From the NCBI GenBank assembly GCA_026707285.1, contig JAPOXD010000028.1, positions 24,350 to 88,349 of the forward strand: 64,000 nt of DNA, in the 5' to 3' direction. Numbering within the stretch: the stretch's first letter is position 1; each line of letters starts with the position of its first letter. The position numbers and the translations under genes are program-made. The DNA is from Chloroflexota bacterium (GTDB taxonomy: Bacteria; Chloroflexota; UBA11872). Below are positions 57,191 to 64,000 of the stretch, in pieces. The notes below the pieces were generated by a model. That model saw only the letters and a list, made by a program, of their open reading frames with translations. It did not search any database and was not told the DNA's origin.

Positions 57191-58354
57191 CTAGAACCGG
57201 CCCTCGTGAATGCGACGTAAACCGGCCCAGAAGGCGTCGTCGTCGCCGACCCGCGCGTCGACGTAGATCCCAAAGCCATCGGATCCCGAGGCGACCATGG
57301 CCCGAGCGGCGGCGACGATTCGCTCGACGAGCACCGGCACGGGCTCGTTCTCGGGCGCGTTCGAGGCGATGGCCGTGGCACACACGCGAAAGCCATTGCC
57401 CACCAGGTCGCGCACGGTCGCCATCTCGCGCTCGATGCGAGCGATGTCTGACAGCCAGCAGCCCGACTCGTTTGACGGGTCGCTGGGCGGATAGAGCGGG
57501 TCGTTGAGAAAGAAGCGCGGATATACCGCGTCGACCAGGCCCTCCTCGACCCAGGCCGGCCAGTCCAGGCCGAGCTTGTAAGCCTCGTCGGGTCGGGCCC
57601 AGATGCCCTCGGTGGCCGCCGCGACCTCCACCGGTCGCCCCAAGGCGTCGAGGTCGTGGCGCAACTCGCGAAAGAACTGCGTGACGTAATCGGCCCGCAG
57701 TCGCGCCCAAGCCGGGTCGTCCGCGGACCGAGAACGCGGGTCCACGCCGAACCGACGGCGGTACTCGGCAAGCGCCGGCGCGTCGTATCCCAGCGGCCAC
57801 ACGCGCTCGCCGGCCGCCAGCACGGGCAGGAACTCCAGTTGCACCCCGTCGGCCCCGAAGTCGCGGGCGAAGGCCACTAGCTCACGGCGCGCATAGGCGC
57901 GGACTTCGGGGTGCGCCAGAGCCAGATAGCCCACGTCGTAGCCCAGCACCGGCTCACCGACGTCCCAGGCGAGCCAGCTTCGGCCATCGCGGGCCTTGGA
58001 CATGAATTCGGGGTGATCGACGGCAAACCTGGGCACTCGACCAACAGGTTCGATGACCCGCGGCACCTGGTGGCGTGATCCCGCCCAGACGCCGGCAAGG
58101 CCGAGAATGCTGTAGGCATCGACTCGAAGGCCGGCCGCGTGGGCCTCGTCGATGCGGCGTTTGAGCAACCGGGCGCCGGCTTCGGTCTGCTCCGGCGCCC
58201 CGATTTCGATGCCGTCGGAACCCGGCCGCCGCTCACAGGCGACCCACGCGTGACTCTCAAGCACGCCCTGGGCGTAATGCACGACCTTGCTGACACCGGA
58301 CGCGGCGCAAACGGCGGCGGCAGCACCTGGGTCCACGAACTCGATGTCGACCAT
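57191..58354 (-). CDS. Hypothetical protein, possibly a TIM-barrel glycoside-hydrolase-like (GHL) protein
   Basis: About 387 aa starting from the Met at 58354 (MVDIEFVD). The longer ORF has an implausible N-terminus. No firm motif. Confidence 0.35.
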   Translation of the reverse strand: MVDIEFVDPGAAAAVCAASGVSKVVHYAQGVLESHAWVACERRPGSDGIEIGAPEQTEAGARLLKRRIDEAHAAGLRVDAYSILGLAGVWAGSRHQVPRVIEPVGRVPRFAVDHPEFMSKARDGRSWLAWDVGEPVLGYDVGYLALAHPEVRAYARRELVAFARDFGADGVQLEFLPVLAAGERVWPLGYDAPALAEYRRRFGVDPRSRSADDPAWARLRADYVTQFFRELRHDLDALGRPVEVAAATEGIWARPDEAYKLGLDWPAWVEEGLVDAVYPRFFLNDPLYPPSDPSNESGCWLSDIARIEREMATVRDLVGNGFRVCATAIASNAPENEPVPVLVERIVAAARAMVASGSDGFGIYVDARVGDDDAFWAGLRRIHEGRF

Positions 58355-58586
58355 GGGAGGGCACGCTAGCACGGTGCGCCCATAGCGCCACGGCCGGTAC
58401 TCCGATTTACCCCCACACAGCCTGCGGGGGACGGCTCGTGCGAATGGCTGGAAGCATGCATCGAGGTCGACGCGGCCTCCCAGCACCGCAGGCCCCCGAC
58501 AGGCCACGGCAACTCGAACCAGCAAGGTCAGCGGCAGTCGTGAGTGCATGGTCGAAGCGGCAGCGATTCACGCGTTTTGGGGAATC

Positions 58587-58681
58587 TGTGAGAATCATTT
58601 CAGACCTTAGTGAGATGTCGTCGCCACTAGATATGCATTAGTGAGATATCGTCGCCATAACCTATGGCGACGTATCGTGAC
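58587..58681. promoter_or_regulatory. AT-richer putative metalloregulator operator region: Zur-box-like palindrome plus three ATCGTCGCCA motifs
   Basis: TGTGAGAATCATTTCAGACC (58587..58606). Direct repeats TTAGTGAGAT(G/A)TCGTCGCCA (58607..58626, 58638..58657). Inverted repeat CGTCGCCAT-N5-ATGGCGACG (58650..58672). All lie about 60 to 150 nt upstream of the His-rich gene. Confidence 0.4.
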
Positions 58682-58736
58682 GTTGGTATTGTGCGTGCTG
58701 GGCGATGCGACAGACGCATCTCAACGAGGAGACCGC

Positions 58737-58979
58737 ATGCACGATCACGACCACGGCAGCGACCACTGCCACGAGCATGAGGGCGAGCACTGCCACGAGC
58801 ACGAAGGCGTGCACTGCCACGAGCACGGCCCGGGGCACTGTCACACGCACGGCGACGAGGCCTGCGTCGCCATTGGCGGAGACGAGATGCTGGACGAGCA
58901 CGGCACGGACCACTGCCACCAGCACGGCGAAGAGCACTGCGCCGCGGTGGGCGACCCTCACCACGCAGCTCACGCCTAG
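58737..58979 (+). CDS. Small His/Cys-rich metal-binding protein (HCH-repeat protein)
   Basis: 80 aa. Five repeats of DHCHEHEGEHCHEH type (H-C-H triads) with acidic spacers. GAGGAG RBS 6 nt upstream. Confidence 0.55.
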   Translation: MHDHDHGSDHCHEHEGEHCHEHEGVHCHEHGPGHCHTHGDEACVAIGGDEMLDEHGTDHCHQHGEEHCAAVGDPHHAAHA

Positions 58980-59093
58980 CTGACAAGCGCCCAACGGGCG
59001 TAGATCGACTCAGCTGAGTTGCGCACACGCGGATATTCGGCGGCCCAGTGCTCCGCTGGGCCGCCATCTCCGCATTAGGGGAACGGCGGCGCT

Positions 59094-60353
59094 ATGACAT
59101 CCGGACATCGCCACAGCCACGGGGACGGTCATGACCATCACGGGCATGACCACGACCATGCCCACGAGCATGAGGGTCATGACCACGCCCACGACCATGC
59201 GCATGACCACGGGCACGAGCATTGCGACCACGACCATAAGCACGAGGGCCACGATCACGCGCACGACCACGGGCACGAGCATTGCGACCACGACCATTCC
59301 CACGAACACGACCACGCGCATGCCCATGATCACGGGCATGACCACGACCACGGACATGACGACCACGACCATGGGCATGGACATGGGCATGGCCATCATC
59401 ACCACGGCCACGGCCACGACCACCACCACGACCTGCGCGGAGCCAGCAAGCGCGTCCTGATCATCGCGTTGGCGTTGATCAGCACCTTCATGGTCGTCGA
59501 GGTCATCGGCTCGATCATCTCCGGCAGTCTGGCGCTGCTGGCGGACGCCGGGCACATGCTCACGGACTCGGCGGCCATCGGCCTGGCGCTGTTCGCCATG
59601 TGGCTGTCGGGCCGCTCGGCAACCGCCGGCACCACCTTCGGCTACCACCGAACCGAGGTGCTCGCCGCGCTCATCAACACCTTGACTCTCTGGCTGATCG
59701 CAGGCTGGATCTTCTTCGAGGCGTTTCGCCGGTTCTTCGAAACTCCGGAGGTCCACGGCGACGTGCTCTTCGGCGTCGGCCTGGTGGGATTGGTCGTCAA
59801 TATCATTGCGGCGTTCGTGCTGCACCGCGCCGCCGGCGAGAGCCTGAACGTGGAGGGCGCCTACCAGCACGTGCTGGCGGACCTGTTGGGATCCGTTGGG
59901 GTCATCATCTCGGGAATCCTGGTGCTGGCCTTCGGGTGGTATATCGCCGACCCGATCCTGAGCGTCGTCGTCGGCCTGCTGATTCTCAAGAGCTCCTGGG
60001 GCCTGTTCATGGGGGTCTTCAAGGTGCTGCTGGAAGGGACGCCCGACAACGTGGACATGTATCGGCTGTGCAGCGAGATGGAGGACGTGGAGGGCGTGAC
60101 CTTGGTGCACGACGTCCACGCCTGGACCATCACCTTGGGCTACCACGCCTTCACGGCGCACGTGCTGGTCGACCCTGAATACCCAGGAGATTCGGGCGAA
60201 CTCCTGACCCGGCTGCGCAAGATCGCGCAAGGCTTCGGCCTCACCCACATCACGCTGCAACTCGAACACTCGGCGGCGGGCTGCGAGGAGGAGAACCACC
60301 ACGTGGACCACCTCATCGCGCGCTCCATGGCCGAGGCGGAGGGCGCGACCTGA
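59094..60353 (+). CDS. Cation diffusion facilitator (CzcD/ZitB-like) transporter with ~120-aa poly-His N-terminal extension
   Basis: N-terminal HGHDHDHAHEHEGHDHAHDH... repeats, then a six-TM CDF core (SLALLADAGHMLTD, HVLADLLGS) and a C-terminal cytoplasmic domain. Confidence 0.8.
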   Translation: MTSGHRHSHGDGHDHHGHDHDHAHEHEGHDHAHDHAHDHGHEHCDHDHKHEGHDHAHDHGHEHCDHDHSHEHDHAHAHDHGHDHDHGHDDHDHGHGHGHGHHHHGHGHDHHHDLRGASKRVLIIALALISTFMVVEVIGSIISGSLALLADAGHMLTDSAAIGLALFAMWLSGRSATAGTTFGYHRTEVLAALINTLTLWLIAGWIFFEAFRRFFETPEVHGDVLFGVGLVGLVVNIIAAFVLHRAAGESLNVEGAYQHVLADLLGSVGVIISGILVLAFGWYIADPILSVVVGLLILKSSWGLFMGVFKVLLEGTPDNVDMYRLCSEMEDVEGVTLVHDVHAWTITLGYHAFTAHVLVDPEYPGDSGELLTRLRKIAQGFGLTHITLQLEHSAAGCEEENHHVDHLIARSMAEAEGAT

Positions 60354-60585
60354 GCTAGCGTCCGCCGCTCCGCGTGGAGCCGGCGTCAGACGCTCGACGA
60401 CTCAGGGCGTCGGCGTCCCCCGCCGTGGGCTCCATTGGGCTTCGGGTGTTCCCGGAGCGTTGGCGTCAGCGGGGGGCCTCGAGTCGTGGAGCGCCGCGTG
60501 GGCCTGGACTCACGCTCCCTGCGGTCACGACGACCGCGTGAGACCAAGTTTGCGCGTGAGCGTCCGTCACGAAGGGTCCGGCGTG

Positions 60586-60658
60586 ATGGTCCCACCGGGA
60601 TTCGAACCAGGGACAAGCCGGGAATGACCCGGCTGCTCTGATCGTCGAGCCGTGTGCC
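60586..60658 (-). other. Degenerate tRNA-like element (tRNA-Met CAT-like) or tRNA remnant
   Basis: The minus strand reads GGGCACA-CG-GCTC-GACGATCA-GAGC-A-GCCGG-GTCATTC-CCGGC-TTGTC-CCTGG-TTCGAAT-CCCGG-TGGGACC-A. It has a canonical T-loop and D-stem. Defects: the acceptor stem pairs at 5 of 7, there is one T-stem mismatch, the D-loop lacks GG, and position 37 is a pyrimidine. Confidence 0.3.
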
Positions 60659-60749
60659 CGTTGCGGGGACTGCCCGTTACTTGCACACTGTGTCATCTGT
60701 TACATGCACAAAGTGTCAGTTGGCGTCACCGCCGCTGGAGGAAGTATTC

Positions 60750-61334
60750 ATGGCTCGGGGACTGCTGCTCGCGGCTCTGGCGTTGGTACCTGTCGTGATC
60801 CTGGTCGTGGTCGTCCTGGTCCTGGTCGTCATCAGGCCCGGCGGAGCGCATGAGCCAACGCCGGGCCTTACGGCCGAAGCCGCCCTCGCATCGCCGGATG
60901 GCGAGGCCATCGGCGCCGTGAGATTCCTTCAAACTTCGGGCGGGGTCCTGGTCATCGCCGACATCCAGGGACTGACCCCGGGAGGCCACGCGTTCATCAT
61001 CCACGAGGTCGGCGCGTGCTCCCCGAACTTCGACGCCGCCGGCGACCACTTCAACCCAACCGGTGCGGAACACGGCTTCGTCCATTCGGCGTGGCAGCGC
61101 GGAGGAGCGACCGAGGCGCATGGCGGCGACCTGCCGAATATCTACGCCGCCGCCGACGGTTCTGCCCGCGCCGACTTCTTTACGGTTGGCGTCACGCTGG
61201 ACATGGGCCCGGCCCATTCCATCTTTGACGCCGACGGCTCCGCCATCGTCGTCCACGAGCGGCCCGATTCCTACGGGCAGTCCGAGCCTGACACCGGCGC
61301 CCGCCTGGCATGCGGAGTCATCAACCGCACCTAG
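60750..61334 (+). CDS. sodC: Superoxide dismutase [Cu-Zn]
   Basis: Cu/Zn-SOD motifs HAFIIHEVGAC, GDHFNPTG, HGGDLPN, AIVVHERPD, and the C-terminal GARLACGVI. The N-terminal hydrophobic anchor is unusually long. GGAGGAAG RBS. Confidence 0.8.
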   Translation: MARGLLLAALALVPVVILVVVVLVLVVIRPGGAHEPTPGLTAEAALASPDGEAIGAVRFLQTSGGVLVIADIQGLTPGGHAFIIHEVGACSPNFDAAGDHFNPTGAEHGFVHSAWQRGGATEAHGGDLPNIYAAADGSARADFFTVGVTLDMGPAHSIFDADGSAIVVHERPDSYGQSEPDTGARLACGVINRT

Positions 61335-61432
61335 CGATCTGACGGCCGGCGCTCGATGGCGGGCGTATACCTGGCCCGCGGAACACGCCGCGCCGCGCAG
61401 CCGCCAGTGGCATCAACGCGTGTCGGCGGCGC

Positions 61433-62317
61433 TCAATGATGGTGGTGATGCTGGTGATTCGGCGAACCGTCCCGGCTCGCTGAAGCGGAAAGCCCCGCGC
61501 CCCCGCCGCGGCGCCAGCGCCGCAAGGCCACCCAGAGATGGGCCAGGGCCAGCAGTCCCAGGGCCGTCAGCACGGTTGCGCCGCCGGCCGAGGCGTCGAC
61601 GTAGAACGCGATGGTCAACCCAACCAGAGCGCTGATGACGCCGGCGACGATGGCCGTGCCCATCGCGGCCCGCAATCCGCGCGCGACCCGCAGCCCGACC
61701 ATCACGGGCACGACGAGCATGGCGCCCACCAGCAGCACGCCGACCACCCGCATCGACAACGTGATCGTCGCGCCGGTCAGAATTGCCAGCGCGAGGTTGA
61801 GCAACCCCGTCGGCACGCCGTTGACCTTCGCCAGGTCGTCGTCGAAGGCGATCTGCGCCAGGTCGACGAAGAACACGGCGACAAACAGCAGCACCGCAAT
61901 CGTGAGCCCAGCGAGCAGCCACAGATCGAGCGGCGACACGCTGAGGATCGAGCCGAAGAGGAATGAGAAGAGGTCGACGTTGAATCCTCCGGCAATCCCG
62001 ATGACGACGACGGCGAAGGCCAGCGCGCCGTAGAGCACCACGGCCATGGCCACGTCGCCCGGCAGCCGGCCGCGGGAGCGGAGCTGCTCGACGAGGATCG
62101 CGCCCAGCGACGCCGCCACGAGAGCCACCACCGACGGAAACGTGTTTGTCGCCAGTCCCACGGCCACGCCCATGAGCGCCACGTGCGCCAGCGTCTCGGC
62201 GATAAGCGAAAAGCGCCGCAGCACGATGAAGACGCCCAGCGTGGGCGCCAGGATTCCCACCAGCGCACCGCCGATGAGCGCGCGCACCATGAACTCGTAG
62301 AGAAGGATGGTGGGCAC
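61433..62317 (-). CDS. znuB: Metal (zinc/manganese) ABC transporter permease ZnuB-like, natural C-terminal HHHHH tail
   Basis: ABC-3 family eight-TM permease. Ends in ...SPNHQHHHHH. Confidence 0.8.
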   Translation of the reverse strand: MPTILLYEFMVRALIGGALVGILAPTLGVFIVLRRFSLIAETLAHVALMGVAVGLATNTFPSVVALVAASLGAILVEQLRSRGRLPGDVAMAVVLYGALAFAVVVIGIAGGFNVDLFSFLFGSILSVSPLDLWLLAGLTIAVLLFVAVFFVDLAQIAFDDDLAKVNGVPTGLLNLALAILTGATITLSMRVVGVLLVGAMLVVPVMVGLRVARGLRAAMGTAIVAGVISALVGLTIAFYVDASAGGATVLTALGLLALAHLWVALRRWRRGGGAGLSASASRDGSPNHQHHHHH

Positions 62318-62319
62318 GG

Positions 62320-63096
62320 CTAGCGGTGTTCGTGGAGCGCGTCGTGCACCAGCACGTCGACGGGCACGCCGTAGAGCATGGCGATTTCTTCGCTGGTGAG
62401 CTCGTGGGGCGGGCCGTGCCGAACCAGCGTCCGGTTCATACAGGCCAGGGTGCTGGCCTCGCGCAGCATGGCCCCAATATCGTGCGAGACGAGCACGATG
62501 GTGATGTTGCGCTCGCGGTTGAGGTCGCGAAGGACGGCGTAGAGCTGCTCTTCACCCGAGACATCGACGCCGGCCGCGGGCTCGTCCAGCACGATCAACT
62601 CCGGGCGACGCACCAGCGCCCGAGCCAAGAGGACCCGCTGCTGCTGGCCGACGGAGAGCTCCGAAAGGCGCCGGCCCGTGTAGCCCGCCATGCCGACCGC
62701 TTCCAGGGCCTCAACGACCTCGGGCCGCTTGGAGCGGTGGAACACCGCAAACGGGGCAATGCCGCGGTAGGCCCCATGGGCCACCGTCTCAGCGACGGTG
62801 ACGGGAAAGTCGCGCCAAACCCCGGCAACCACCTGCGGCATGTAGCCAACGCGGTCCCAATCGGCGAAGTCCTCGGCGTCGCGCCCAAACAACCGCACGG
62901 AGCCGGCGGTGGGGCGCAGCAGACCGAGAGCCAGGCGAATCAGCGTGCTCTTGCCGCTGCCGTTGGGACCCAAGACCGCCGCCAGCTCTCCGGCGTGGAT
63001 GCAGAGCGACACGTCCTCCACCGCCACCGCCTCGCCGTACGCGAAGGTCACGTGGTCCCATTCGATGACGGGAGGCGGCAGCGGCTCAGACGTCAT
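62320..63096 (-). CDS. znuC: Metal ABC transporter ATP-binding protein ZnuC-like
   Basis: Walker A GPNGSGKST, signature LSVGQQQRV, Walker B LIVLDEPAAGVD. Confidence 0.8.
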   Translation of the reverse strand: MTSEPLPPPVIEWDHVTFAYGEAVAVEDVSLCIHAGELAAVLGPNGSGKSTLIRLALGLLRPTAGSVRLFGRDAEDFADWDRVGYMPQVVAGVWRDFPVTVAETVAHGAYRGIAPFAVFHRSKRPEVVEALEAVGMAGYTGRRLSELSVGQQQRVLLARALVRRPELIVLDEPAAGVDVSGEEQLYAVLRDLNRERNITIVLVSHDIGAMLREASTLACMNRTLVRHGPPHELTSEEIAMLYGVPVDVLVHDALHEHR

Positions 63097-64000
63097 TCAC
63101 ATGCCAGGGCGACCTTGAGATTGGCGAGATTGTCCCGCATGAGCCCGAAGTAGTCGCCGTGCGCCTCGAGCTCGTTCTCCGTCACGCTGCCGATGGCGTG
63201 GATGGAAAGCAACTCGATGCCGGTTTCGCGGGCGATGGTCTGTGCAAGTCGGTCGCTGAGGACCGGCTCGACCATGACATGCCCCAGGCCCAGGTCGGTC
63301 ACGCGGTCGGTCACGTTCGCCAACCGCTGCGGCGAGGGCGCCACGTCGGCGGAAAGGCCGGCCACCGCGATCTGCTCCAGGCCGTATTGCGCGGCCAGGT
63401 ACCCGTAGGCCGCGTGTGAGGTCACGAAGTGATCGTGCTTGCACGCGCCGAGGTCTTCCTCGAACTCGTGGTCCAACTCGTCCAGCTCGGCGATCACCTC
63501 GTCCGCGCGCTGGCGGTAGCCGTCGGCGTTGTCGGCGTCCGCCGCGATGAAGGCGTCACGGATGCGCTCGACCTGGCGGGCGGCCAGCGTGGGACTCAGC
63601 CACATGTGGGGGTCGAGTTCGGATTCCTCATCGCCGTGGTCGCCTTCTTCTTCGTGGTCGCCTTCTTCGTCCGCATCCTCGTCGCCGTGGTCGCCTTCCT
63701 CGTCGGCATCCTCGTCGCCGTGGTGGCCTTCTTCGTCCGCATCCCCGTTTTCGTGATCGCCTTCCTCATCGGCGTCCTCGTCACCGTGGTCACCTTCTTC
63801 ATCGGCATCCTCGTCGCCGTGGTCGCCCTCTTCGTCAGCGTCCTCGTCGCCGTGATCGCCTTCCTCTTTGTCGTGATCGCCTTCCTCTTCACCGTGACTG
63901 TGGACTTCGCCTTCCATGGCCTGGGTCGGGTCGGCCGCCTCCACAACAATCGCGGTCAAGTCGTCCCCGATGGCCTCAATCGCCCCGTCCATCCAGGGCT
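63093..64000 (-). CDS. znuA: Metal ABC transporter substrate-binding protein ZnuA-like with very long His/Asp/Glu loop (5' end beyond window)
   Basis: Cluster-9 SBP C-terminal half. Contains a ~110-aa loop of (EEGDHGDEDAD)n repeats, typical of ZnuA His-rich loops but unusually long. The gene continues past coordinate 64000. Confidence 0.7.
   Translation of the reverse strand, partial: PWMDGAIEAIGDDLTAIVVEAADPTQAMEGEVHSHGEEEGDHDKEEGDHGDEDADEEGDHGDEDADEEGDHGDEDADEEGDHENGDADEEGHHGDEDADEEGDHGDEDADEEGDHEEEGDHGDEESELDPHMWLSPTLAARQVERIRDAFIAADADNADGYRQRADEVIAELDELDHEFEEDLGACKHDHFVTSHAAYGYLAAQYGLEQIAVAGLSADVAPSPQRLANVTDRVTDLGLGHVMVEPVLSDRLAQTIARETGIELLSIHAIGSVTENELEAHGDYFGLMRDNLANLKVALACE

Noticed and set aside
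59010-60311. 433-aa - strand ORF rich in VVVMP and His.
   Set aside because: Antisense to the CDF transporter, whose sense frame has canonical CDF TM motifs. The odd composition comes from complementing His codons.
1-64000. CRISPR arrays, IS elements, transposases, integrases and rRNA genes.
   Set aside because: None found. There are no regularly spaced short direct repeats with unique spacers, no DDE or tyrosine-recombinase-like ORFs, and no rRNA-like conserved stretches. The repeats present are coding (LRR, KEV, His-rich) or small regulatory inverted or direct repeats.

Overview
This is a ~70% GC bacterial chromosomal segment. It is most consistent with a monoderm, high-GC lineage, possibly Chloroflexota/Thermomicrobia-like or actinobacterial. 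The evidence for that is the Tat-lipoprotein solute-binding proteins with long VTKEV-type linkers and the Rv3806c-like DPPR synthase. The taxonomy is inferred, not demonstrated. Coding density is high (about 60 genes), with pervasive antisense or shadow ORFs typical of high-GC DNA.

Recognisable content includes:
- a transaldolase-family gene, a cupin, a DUF192 lipoprotein, DprA, SecD/SecF, mitochondrial-type aconitase, Nif3, and an HNH endonuclease;
- tRNA-Lys(CTT), immediately followed by a phytanoyl-CoA dioxygenase-family gene, a vapBC toxin-antitoxin pair and an ABC-2 transporter;
- a sugar ABC importer, M24 and M19 peptidases, and an SMP-30 lactonase;
- a metal-homeostasis cluster: an HCH-repeat His-rich protein, a CDF exporter with a His-rich N-terminus, Cu/Zn-SOD, and ZnuABC on the opposite strand.

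The most unusual loci are:
1. A minus-strand operon in which an Rv3806c-like UbiA-family decaprenyl-phosphate phosphoribosyltransferase is translationally coupled (GTGA overlap) to two tandem secreted proteins. These carry plant-type LRRNT_2+LRR ectodomain architecture and share an unrecognised ~240-aa N-terminal domain.
2. A six-gene minus-strand operon with a phosphonoacetate-hydrolase-like alkaline-phosphatase-superfamily enzyme, four tandem ABC exporter half-transporters (two ATGA-coupled pairs) and a beta-propeller glycoside-hydrolase-like protein. It is transcribed divergently from a PhyH-family dioxygenase that is flanked by ~30-nt direct repeats.
3. A tandem triplication of orphan family-5 solute-binding lipoproteins. 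Their KEV-repeat linkers and terminator hairpins are nearly identical at nucleotide level and their 5' leader hairpins are conserved, while the binding domains have diverged.
4. Operator-like repeats, a Zur-box-like motif and a degenerate tRNA-Met-like element inside the metal cluster.

No CRISPR array, transposase or integrase was seen.
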